Shown piece after piece: positions 52,395-62,290 of a stretch of 62,290 bases of DNA. The notes beneath the pieces are model-generated. The model was not told where the DNA came from. It was given only the letters and a program-made list of their open reading frames with translations, and made no database searches. This DNA comes from Chromatiales bacterium (lineage in GTDB: Bacteria; Pseudomonadota; Gammaproteobacteria; SZUA-152): the NCBI GenBank assembly GCA_026982475.1, contig JALSHB010000130.1:1-62290 (forward strand), in the 5' to 3' direction. The position numbers and the translations under genes were made by a program. How positions within the stretch are numbered: position 1 is the first letter of the stretch; each line of letters opens with the position of its first letter.

Positions 52395-53600
52395 ATGCCG
52401 CACGTGTTCATTGCCCGACAGCCTATCTATGACCGCCAGCTGGACGTCCACGCCTATGAACTGCTGTTCCGGGCCAATGACAGCGATCATGCGGAATTCA
52501 CCGACGGTGAACAGGCCACCTCACGGCTGCTGGTCAATGCCCTGATGGAGATCGGCCTGCCGCAACTGGTGGGCAGGCACCCGGCCTTCGTCAACCTCAC
52601 CGAACGCTTCATCATCGAGGGCCTGCCCAACGCCATGGCCCCCGAGCAGGTGGTGCTGGAAGTGCTGGAAGACGTCCTCCCTGGCCCCGAGCTGCTGGCC
52701 ACCCTGCAACGCCTCAAGCAGGATGGCTACACCATCGCCCTGGACGACTTCGAATACGACGACAGCAAGCGCCCGCTGGTGGAGCTGGCCAACCTGATCA
52801 AGCTGGATGTCCTCAGCCTGAGCCCTCACCAACTCAGACGCCACGTCAGCACGCTGAAGGCCTTCGGCGTCCCGCTGCTGGCGGAGAAGGTCGAGACGCA
52901 GGAAGACTTTCACACCTGCAAGGCGCTTGGCTTCGACTATTTCCAGGGCTATTTCTTCTGCAAGCCCGACCTGGTCAAGGGTGAGCACACCCCCTCCTGC
53001 CGCACCCTCATCCTGCGCCTGCTGGCGCGCATTCAGGATCCGGAGATCGAATTCAACGAACTCGCCGACCTCATCGCCCAGGACGTGAGCTTCGCCTATC
53101 GCATCCTGCGCTACATCAACTCGGCGCAGTTCGGCACCGCGCGCAAGATCGAGTCCATCCAGAGCGCCGCCACCATGATCGGCCTGCAGCGCATCAAGAC
53201 CTGGCTCACCATCCTCGCCATGTCACAGATCGACGACAAGCCCTATGAGCTGCTGCTCACCTCGCTGATCCGCGCGCGCATGTGCGAAACCCTGGGAAAA
53301 GACACCGGCCAGCCCGCCAGCAGCGCCTTCACCACCGGCCTGTTCTCGGCCCTCGACGCGCTCACCGACCAACCCCTGGAAACCGTCCTCGCCAGCCTGC
53401 CGCTGGCCGAGGAGATCAACCGGGCGCTGCTGGCGCACGAGGGGGCATTGGGTCGATTGCTGGCGCTGGTGCTCGCCTATGAGTCGGGCGACTGGGATGG
53501 CGTGGAGGCGGCAATGATCGAAGGCATTGCCCCGCAAAAGGCCTATCTGGAGGCCGTCGAGTGGGCCAACCAGATGAGCAAGGCGCTACTCTGCGAATAG
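52395..53600 (+). CDS. EAL + HDOD domain protein (YuxH/CdgJ-like)
   Basis: Motifs ARQPI, YELLFR, ALDDF, AEKVET and FQGYFF; C-terminal HDOD domain. Confidence 0.9.
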   Translation: MPHVFIARQPIYDRQLDVHAYELLFRANDSDHAEFTDGEQATSRLLVNALMEIGLPQLVGRHPAFVNLTERFIIEGLPNAMAPEQVVLEVLEDVLPGPELLATLQRLKQDGYTIALDDFEYDDSKRPLVELANLIKLDVLSLSPHQLRRHVSTLKAFGVPLLAEKVETQEDFHTCKALGFDYFQGYFFCKPDLVKGEHTPSCRTLILRLLARIQDPEIEFNELADLIAQDVSFAYRILRYINSAQFGTARKIESIQSAATMIGLQRIKTWLTILAMSQIDDKPYELLLTSLIRARMCETLGKDTGQPASSAFTTGLFSALDALTDQPLETVLASLPLAEEINRALLAHEGALGRLLALVLAYESGDWDGVEAAMIEGIAPQKAYLEAVEWANQMSKALLCE

Positions 53601-53647
53601 GCGGCTGCGGCATCCATCGGCGGGATTTTTCCGCCCCCCTGCCAGAC

Positions 53648-53677
53648 GTGACATTTTTCAGAACGGGGGGGTATACT
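53648..53677 (+). promoter_or_regulatory. Putative sigma70 promoter of the csp gene (long 5' UTR)
   Basis: GTGACA-N18-TATACT about 120 nt upstream of the ATG. Confidence 0.5.
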
Positions 53678-53794
53678 CGGCGCCTGCGGACGACCGAGGT
53701 TGACAACGACGGGCATCGAAGATGTCCCGCCAGTGCCGCTGACGCTGTCTGCTGTTCCCGGACCAGAAAACAATCAATAACAAGGAGTAGAAAA

Positions 53795-53998
53795 ATGGCG
53801 CAAGGCACCGTCAAGTGGTTCAACGACGCGAAGGGTTTTGGCTTCATCGAGCCGCAGGAAGGTGGCGAGGACATCTTCGTCCACCATACCAGCATCATGG
53901 GCACCGGCTTCAAGACCCTGGCCGAAGGTCAGACCGTTTCCTTCGAGGTGGAAAACGGCCAAAAGGGACTCTCGGCGACCAACGTCCAGCCCTGCTGA
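53795..53998 (+). CDS. Cold-shock protein (CspA family)
   Basis: GTVKWFN..KGFGFI and DIFVH. Confidence 0.95.
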   Translation: MAQGTVKWFNDAKGFGFIEPQEGGEDIFVHHTSIMGTGFKTLAEGQTVSFEVENGQKGLSATNVQPC

Positions 53999-54018
53999 GG
54001 TCCTCACAAGAGCCACCG

Positions 54019-54045
54019 AAAGGCCCGCCTGCGCGGGCCTTTTTT
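54019..54045 (+). terminator. Intrinsic terminator after csp
   Basis: aaaggcccgc-ctgc-gcgggcc-tttttt. Confidence 0.85.
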
Positions 54046-54050
54046 GCGTC

Positions 54051-54121
54051 TGTAGGAGCGGACCCTTGGGCCGCGATGGTTTTCCCACCCGTGACATCGC
54101 GGCCCAAGGGTCCGCTCCTAC
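54051..54121. repeat. Inverted REP pair
   Basis: tgtaggagcggacccttgggccgcgatg ... catcgcggcccaagggtccgctcctac. Confidence 0.85.
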
Positions 54122-54216
54122 GATTGGTCAGAGCAATAAGATCATTTCGCTGCGCCAAAAGCAGGCGCTTGGGGCGGGCCGCGGGGTGATCTCGTGCCGG
54201 CCGCCAGGCATACCCC

Positions 54217-55032
54217 TCAACGCTGGCACTGCGGACAATAAAAGGTGTTCCGCTGCCCCAGCTGCAGGCTGCGAATGCGCCCGCCGCAACTCACACAGGC
54301 CTCGCCGGCCCGGCCGTAGACCCGCAGCCGCTGCTGAAAATAGCCCGGCCTGCCCTCGCTGTTGGTGAAGTCGCGCAGGGTGGTGCCGCCCTGGGCGATG
54401 GCCTCATCCAGCACCTGCCTTATGGCCGTGACCAGGCGCTCGTAGCGCGCGCGGCCGACACGCCCGGCGGCGCTCTTCGGATGGATGCCGGCCATGAACA
54501 GGGATTCGCTGGCGTAGATGTTGCCCACCCCCACCACTACCTTGCTGTCCATGATGAAGGCCTTGATGCTGACGCGCCGGCCGCGCGAGGCCTGGAACAG
54601 ATGATCCACATCGAAGTCACCGGACAGGGGCTCCGGCCCCAGCGCCTGCAGCAGTTTATGCCGCTCCGCCGCGCGGGTGGTCCACAGCACGGCGCCGAAG
54701 CGGCGCGGGTCACGCAGGCGCAGGCAGCGGCCATTGGCGAAGACGATATCGACGTGATCGTGCCTGCCCGGCGGCTGACCGGCATCCACCAGGTGCAGGC
54801 TGCCGGACATGCCGAGGTGCAGGATTGCCGTGCCGGCGGCGGATTCCAACAGCAAGTATTTGCCCCGGCGGCGCACCGTGTCGATGACCTGGCCGCGCAG
54901 CGCCGTCCTCAGGCGCGCCGGCACCGGCCAACGCAGGCGCGGCTGGCGCACCACCACCTCGCTGACCCGCTGGCCCTCGATGTGCGGCGCGATGCCGCGG
55001 CGGGTGGTCTCGACCTCCGGCAGCTCAGGCAT
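54217..55032 (-). CDS. mutM: Formamidopyrimidine-DNA glycosylase
   Basis: Motifs [14 protein letters not shown] and GVGNIYA; C-terminal zinc finger. Confidence 0.97.
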   Translation of the reverse strand: MPELPEVETTRRGIAPHIEGQRVSEVVVRQPRLRWPVPARLRTALRGQVIDTVRRRGKYLLLESAAGTAILHLGMSGSLHLVDAGQPPGRHDHVDIVFANGRCLRLRDPRRFGAVLWTTRAAERHKLLQALGPEPLSGDFDVDHLFQASRGRRVSIKAFIMDSKVVVGVGNIYASESLFMAGIHPKSAAGRVGRARYERLVTAIRQVLDEAIAQGGTTLRDFTNSEGRPGYFQQRLRVYGRAGEACVSCGGRIRSLQLGQRNTFYCPQCQR

Positions 55033-55885
55033 CGTCAGGCCTGTCCGCGGCTGGCGGCAGGGCCAGCAGGCGCCCCGCCACCTCGGGGGTGAAGTGATAA
55101 CTCAGACGGAGGTCCGGGCGGATCAGCAACACCTCGTCTTCGCCGCGCAGCAGGACAAAACGGCGCGGCGGCGCCTCGCCGGCCAGACGCAGGGTGATGG
55201 CCGCGCCATCGGCCTCGCCATCGCTGCGGCTGACGCGCAGGGCGCGGGCATGCCGCCACGCGTCCACCAGGGCCTGCACGGCATCGGCGGAGGCGGCTTC
55301 ACCCTCGGCCAGCCGCCACTGGTCATCGTCCTGCAACAGATGCAGGCCCGGCAGTTCGATCTCCCGCAGGCGCGCACCAACGGGCAACAGCTGCGGACTG
55401 ACCAGCGCCGCCACGCCGCCCTGCAACAGGTAGCTGTAGCGATCGACGATCAGGTGCACGCTGTCGCCCACGCGCACGAAGCGCCGCCCGTGCAGCGGCT
55501 CGGTGACGCCCAGTTCGAGGGTGATGTCATTGACGCGCAGCCGCAGGTCCGGCCTGTCCAGTCCGGCCTGCCGCAGATCCACCTCGCTGGCGCTGTAGCG
55601 CGCCTGGCTGCGGGCGCGGGCAAGGCCGATGACGGCGCCGACCCGGGCCCGGTCGGCGCGGGCGACGAAGGGGTCGACCAGCCACCACTCGGCGCCACGC
55701 CGTTCCAGCACCGCATCGGCGTCCCGCGCGGGGCGGATCTCGATGCGCGTGATGTCTTCCCCGGCAAGCGCCGTCAGCCGTTCGGGCTCGGCTGACGGCG
55801 GTTTCTGCTGGGAAAGCCAGATCAGCCCGCCGAGCAGCAGCACGGCCAGCAACAGTCCCAGGTTGAGCAGGCTGCGGGAATTCAT
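55025..55885 (-). CDS. DUF4340-like protein
   Basis: N-terminal TM helix; follows the GldG-like gene as in this operon type. Confidence 0.7.
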   Translation of the reverse strand: MNSRSLLNLGLLLAVLLLGGLIWLSQQKPPSAEPERLTALAGEDITRIEIRPARDADAVLERRGAEWWLVDPFVARADRARVGAVIGLARARSQARYSASEVDLRQAGLDRPDLRLRVNDITLELGVTEPLHGRRFVRVGDSVHLIVDRYSYLLQGGVAALVSPQLLPVGARLREIELPGLHLLQDDDQWRLAEGEAASADAVQALVDAWRHARALRVSRSDGEADGAAITLRLAGEAPPRRFVLLRGEDEVLLIRPDLRLSYHFTPEVAGRLLALPPAADRPDDA

Positions 55886-55892
55886 ATTTCGC

Positions 55893-57245
55893 TCAACGCC
55901 GGCGCCGCCACCAGATCACCGCCCCCGTCGCCGCCAGCCCCAGCGGCAGCAGTACCAGCCAGCCGAAACCGATCACGCCCTGCGCCAGCGGCGAGAAGCT
56001 CAGGCTGCGGTCCGGGGCGGTCTTCACCGGGATGTCGATGAAACGGTCCTCGTGGGACAGCCAGTTGATGAGGTTCATGCCCAGGGCGAGGTTGCCGCCG
56101 TTGCCGAGATAGGCGTTGGAGAGGAAGTCGCCGTCGCCGATCACCGCCACGCGCTGCTCGCCAGCGTCTTCCCCGCCGCCCCGCGCACGGCTCATCACCA
56201 CCCCCAGGGTCAATGGCCCCGGCGTGTCCGCCCCCTCGTCGAAGGCCACCTGCCCGCTCAGCTCGCCCGTCTCCGACCAGCTGCGTTCGGCGCTGACGAG
56301 CATCGCCTGACCCTGCCAGCCGGGGGGCGGGGTGTAGGCGATGCCGGCGGCCTGGGGGAACAGGGTGACGACATCGAAGTTGCGCGTCACCGCATGCGGC
56401 GGATAGGTGCTGACGATGGCCAGGCGCGGATCGGAGATGCCCAGCACGCGGGTGGTGGGGTCGACGATGACACCGGGCAGGAAATCCACCCCCAGGGTCG
56501 CGGCCAGGGGCTGCAGGCCGTGCAGCCCATCGGGATCGCCCAGCCACAGCAGGTTGCCGCCGCCCTCGACGAACTGCTGGATCATCGCCACCTCGCCCGG
56601 CAACAGATCCGTCTGCGGACCGGCCAGCACCAGCACCGCGGTGTTGTCGGCGATGGCCGGCTCGGCGACCAGGTTCTGTGAGCGGATCCTGAAACCCTTC
56701 TCCTCCAGCCGCTGACCCCAGGCGCCGAGGTCGTGATTGGCCTCGCCCAGGGGCCTGCGCTCGCCGTGGCCCTCGATGAACACCAGCCAGCGCTCGCCGC
56801 TGCGCGCCAGGCGCTGCAGGGCGTTGGTGATGCTCTGCTCGGAGACGCTGGCGAGCTTTTCCTGCCGCCCCTGGTAGTCGATCAGCAGCTCGCCGTTGAC
56901 GCGGATGCCCAGCTCGCGCACCCGCGCCGGTTGCAGGTCCGGGTTGACGAAGTCGAGGGTGATGTCGCGCTTGTGGCGCTGGTAACGCGCCAGCAAGTCG
57001 CGGATGGCGCGGCGCACCGATTCATCCTCGCTGGCGAAGGCGGTGACGTTGACCGGCCCGTCGAGCCGTTCGAGCAGTTCGCGGCTGGCCGCGGAGAGGG
57101 TGTTGCGGCCGCTCGCCGTCCAGTCCGCGGTGAAGGTGTAGCGCGTGCTGAGCCAGGCCAGCATCCCCACCACGGCGAGGAACAGGATCAGGAACAGGGC
57201 GTTCTGCAGGCGCGTGGCGCGCCGGGTCTTGCCGCTGACGAACAT
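55893..57245 (-). CDS. GldG-like ABC transporter auxiliary protein
   Basis: Motifs DWT....NTLS, GHGE, LAGP and GDGDFLSN..GN; C-terminal TM helix followed by WWRRRR. Confidence 0.85.
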   Translation of the reverse strand: MFVSGKTRRATRLQNALFLILFLAVVGMLAWLSTRYTFTADWTASGRNTLSAASRELLERLDGPVNVTAFASEDESVRRAIRDLLARYQRHKRDITLDFVNPDLQPARVRELGIRVNGELLIDYQGRQEKLASVSEQSITNALQRLARSGERWLVFIEGHGERRPLGEANHDLGAWGQRLEEKGFRIRSQNLVAEPAIADNTAVLVLAGPQTDLLPGEVAMIQQFVEGGGNLLWLGDPDGLHGLQPLAATLGVDFLPGVIVDPTTRVLGISDPRLAIVSTYPPHAVTRNFDVVTLFPQAAGIAYTPPPGWQGQAMLVSAERSWSETGELSGQVAFDEGADTPGPLTLGVVMSRARGGGEDAGEQRVAVIGDGDFLSNAYLGNGGNLALGMNLINWLSHEDRFIDIPVKTAPDRSLSFSPLAQGVIGFGWLVLLPLGLAATGAVIWWRRRR

Positions 57246-57254
57246 GGGGCTACA

Positions 57255-57611
57255 TCAATACTCCTTGTAGACAGCAAGGCCCTTGCTGACCATTTCGTCG
57301 TTGACATTGACGAACACCTCCGGCTCGTCCTCGATCCAGATCTCGGCGATGTAGCGGCCATACTTGCCCTTCTTGTCCTTGAGGGTCTGAATCCAGATCT
57401 CGCGGCCTTCGATGCGTTGGCGCAGCCAGTCGCGCGCCACCAGGCCCTCCGGCCGCTCCTCGCCGCGCACCTCCTTGGCGTTGATGCGTGACAGGCGCAC
57501 GCTTTCGTTGCGCTTCGACACATCCAGACCGAGGTCGATGTGCACGGTGCAGGTATCGCCGTCGTAGACGGAAACCACCTCGGCGCGGTAATGGTAGAGA
57601 TGTTCTTTCAT
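57255..57611 (-). CDS. Thermonuclease (SNase-like)
   Basis: Motifs VYDGDT, VRL..INAKE, KYGRYIA and VN..MV..GLA; own AAGGAG RBS. Confidence 0.88.
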   Translation of the reverse strand: MKEHLYHYRAEVVSVYDGDTCTVHIDLGLDVSKRNESVRLSRINAKEVRGEERPEGLVARDWLRQRIEGREIWIQTLKDKKGKYGRYIAEIWIEDEPEVFVNVNDEMVSKGLAVYKEY

Positions 57612-57632
57612 GGCAATTCTCCTTGTTGTTGC

Positions 57633-58381
57633 CTAATGTTGCAGCCGGTCGGCGTCCAGCCGGCGGATACTCAGCACCAGGAAGGTGCCGATGAGTAACA
57701 GGTAATAGACGATATCGGTGCTGCTGAAGATACCACGCAACAGGGGCTGGAAGTGGCTCATCAGCGACAGGTAGTCGAACAGGCCGCCGCCATTGCCGCC
57801 GCTGCTGGCGAGGTTGAGTATCCACAACAACAATAGCAGGCCGAAGGTGCTCACCGCCGCCACCACCGGCTGCGCGGTGAGGGTCGACAGGTACAGGCCG
57901 ATGCTGCAGAAGCTGGCCAGCAGCAACAGCAGCCCCAGCACGCCGGCGGCCCACAGGCCCAGGTCCAGGCCGCCGCCGGCCAGCAGGCTCAGCGGCATGG
58001 CGGCGATGATGGCGAGCATCACCAGCACGAAACCGAGCACGCCGAGAAACTTGCCGAACACGATCTCGCTCATGGACACCGGCGCCGACAGCAGCAGCGG
58101 CAGGGTCTGCGCGCGGCGCTCCTCGCTGATCAGGCGCATGGTGAGCAGCGGCACCACCAGCAGCAGCACCGTGGCGGCGGTGCTGAACAGGGGCGCGACC
58201 ACCATGTCGGCGGCGCCCGGCCCGCCGGGCAGGGCGGCCAGGCGCGGCTGCATCTGCAGGAAGAAGTCGAGATAGGCGAGGAAGAACCAGGCGCAGATGC
58301 CGCTCACCACGGCGAGTATGGCCCAGGCCAGGGGCGACAGGAACAGCGAGCGCAGCTCGCGCCCGGCGATGGTGAAGGCCA

Positions 58382-58385
<4 letters not shown>
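57633..58385 (-). CDS. GldF-like ABC-2 permease
   Basis: Motifs RELRSLFLSPLAW, PLLTMR..SEE and GKFLG. Confidence 0.88.
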
Positions 58386-59368
<983 letters not shown>

Positions 59369-59446
59369 CCAGTTAGACGGGCCTCGTGACGGTATGGCGT
59401 ATGATATAGTCGATGATGGAAAGTTCAACGACAGAGCGTCCCCTTC

Positions 59447-60499
<1,053 letters not shown>

Positions 60500-60516
60500 C
60501 AGCCCGCCACCTGCCC

Positions 60517-62290
60517 ATGCCTGGTAGCATTCTCGGCGTCGATACCGGTGGTACCTTCACGGACTTCGTCCTCCTGCAAGACGGGCGGCTGCGGGTGCAC
60601 AAGGTGCTGTCGACCCCGCACGCCCCCGAGCGCGCCATCCTGCAGGGCATCCGTGAGCTGGGACTGGAAGGCGACGAACTGTTACTGATCCACGGCTCCA
60701 CCGTGGCCACCAACGCGGTGCTGGAGGGCAAGGGCGTGCGCACCGTCTACATCACCAACCGCGGCCTGCGCGACACCCTGACCCTCGGCCGCCAGGCGCG
60801 GCGTGACCTCTACGACCTCAATCCCCCCCTCAAGGCCCCGCCGGTGCCGCGCGAACTGTGCCTGGAGACGGGCGGGCGGCTGTCGGCCAGCGGCGAGGAA
60901 CTGGAGCCCCTGACCGAGGCCGACATCGCGGCGCTGCGCGCCGAGGTCGAACGCCTCGAACCGCAGGCGGTGGCCATCAACCTGCTGTTCTCCTGGCTGC
61001 AGGCCGGGCGCGGGGACAGCGCCGAACGCCGCATCGAGGCCGCCATGCCCGAGGGCCTGTTCGTCTCGCGCTCGTCCCGGGTGCTGCCCGAAGTCCGCGA
61101 ATACGAACGCGGCATCACCACCTGGCTCAACGCCGCCGTGGGGCCGCTGGTAACGGGCTACCTGCAACGCCTGCGCGACGGCGCGCCACAGGCGCACATC
61201 GCCGTGATGCAAAGCTCCGGCGGCACCATCGCCGCCGCGCAGGCCGGCGAACAGGCCGTGCACATGCTCCTCTCCGGCCCCGCCGGCGGCCTCGCCGGGG
61301 CGCAGTATGTCGGCGCGCAGGCCGGCTGTGAGCGCTTACTGACCTTCGACATGGGCGGCACCTCCACCGACGTCGCCCTGCTCGACGGCGGCGAACTGCG
61401 CCTCACCAGCGAGGGCCGCATCGGCGACTATCCCGTCGGCGTGCCGATGGTCGACATGCACACCATCGGCGCCGGCGGCGGCTCCATCGCCCGCGTCGAC
61501 GCCGGCGGCATGTTGCAGGTCGGCCCCGAATCCGCCGGCGCCGCCCCCGGCCCCGCCTGCTACGGCCGTGGCGGCGACCAGCCCACCGTCACCGACGCCA
61601 ACCTGGTGCTCGGCCGCCTGCGCGCCGACGCCTTCCTCGGCGGTCACATGCGCCTCGACATGGCCGCCGCCCGCGCCGCCGTCGGCCGCGTGGCGGAACC
61701 CCTGGGCCTGGACATCGAGACCGCCGCCGAAGGCATCATCTCGGTGGCCAACGAACACATGGCCCGCGCCCTGCGCGTGATGTCGGTGGCGCGCGGCATC
61801 GACCCGCGCGAACTGACCCTGGCCTGCTTCGGCGGCGCCGGCGGCCTGCACGTCTGCGCCCTCGCCGAGGCCCTGGGCATGCAGCGCGCACTGGTGCCGG
61901 TACACGCCGGCGTGCTGTCCGCCCTCGGCATGCTGGTCGCGCCGCGCGCCCGCCACCTGTCACACACCCAGACCGGCCTGCTGGACGACAACACCGACAC
62001 GGCGCTCAACGCCGCCTTCGAGGCACTGGCCGCACAGGGCCGCACCGCGCTGCGCGCAGAAGGCGTCGACGAAAGCGACATCAAGAGCCTGCCCAGCATC
62101 GACCTGCGCTATCGCGGCCAGTCCTACGCCATCAACCTGCCATGGCGGGGCATCGAGGCAACCCGCGACGCCTTCCACCAACGCCACCAGGCCCTCTACG
62201 GCCACCGCCTCGACCTGCCCGTGGAACAAGTCACCCTGCGCGTCAAGGTACAGGGCGAGAGCCTGCGCATCCCGCTTGCCAGCGAATTGA
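60517..62290 (+). CDS. Hydantoinase/5-oxoprolinase family protein (alpha-type), partial
   Basis: Motifs GVDTGGTFTD, HGSTVATNA, LSGPAGG, DMGGTSTD, GAGGGS and FGGAG. Runs off the right edge and is absent from the ORF track. Confidence 0.92.
   Translation, partial: MPGSILGVDTGGTFTDFVLLQDGRLRVHKVLSTPHAPERAILQGIRELGLEGDELLLIHGSTVATNAVLEGKGVRTVYITNRGLRDTLTLGRQARRDLYDLNPPLKAPPVPRELCLETGGRLSASGEELEPLTEADIAALRAEVERLEPQAVAINLLFSWLQAGRGDSAERRIEAAMPEGLFVSRSSRVLPEVREYERGITTWLNAAVGPLVTGYLQRLRDGAPQAHIAVMQSSGGTIAAAQAGEQAVHMLLSGPAGGLAGAQYVGAQAGCERLLTFDMGGTSTDVALLDGGELRLTSEGRIGDYPVGVPMVDMHTIGAGGGSIARVDAGGMLQVGPESAGAAPGPACYGRGGDQPTVTDANLVLGRLRADAFLGGHMRLDMAAARAAVGRVAEPLGLDIETAAEGIISVANEHMARALRVMSVARGIDPRELTLACFGGAGGLHVCALAEALGMQRALVPVHAGVLSALGMLVAPRARHLSHTQTGLLDDNTDTALNAAFEALAAQGRTALRAEGVDESDIKSLPSIDLRYRGQSYAINLPWRGIEATRDAFHQRHQALYGHRLDLPVEQVTLRVKVQGESLRIPLASEL

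Overview
A high-GC gammaproteobacterial chromosomal window. The gene content (TusE/DsrC-family protein, rhodanese, c-type cytochromes, hprK in the rpoN operon, delta-type carbonic anhydrase) suggests an environmental, possibly sulfur-oxidising lineage, but this is inference. Most of it is core genome: metH, ubiCA, yrbG-kdsDC-lptCAB-rpoN-hpf-ptsN-hprK-rapZ-EIIA-HPr-mgtE, slyD, tal, trhP, hslR, DGC-EEP-dsbA-cytochrome c4-engB-polA, serB, TRAP dctQM, csp, mutM, a Gld-like ABC operon, a globin-coupled diguanylate cyclase and a partial oxoprolinase. There is a small accessory islet at about 28.2-32 kb. No rRNA, tRNA, CRISPR array or transposase gene was seen. The most interesting signals are non-coding. 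(1) A 51-nt in-frame insertion in metH folds into GGA-loop hairpins matching the CsrA/RsmA binding consensus. (2) A candidate sigmaE-type sRNA between polA and engB displays CCUCCUCCC anti-Shine-Dalgarno loops. (3) There are two MITE families with clear target-site duplications: an IS66-like element of about 310 bp and an IS1380-like element of 236 bp in the putative ubiC leader. (4) A DARS-like DnaA-box/IHF cluster is present. Notable coding oddities are a bacterial delta-class carbonic anhydrase, an ALS-like enzyme resembling cyanobacterial 2-oxoglutarate decarboxylase, and a thermonuclease inside the Gld-like ABC operon. All family assignments come from motif recognition by eye, not database searches.
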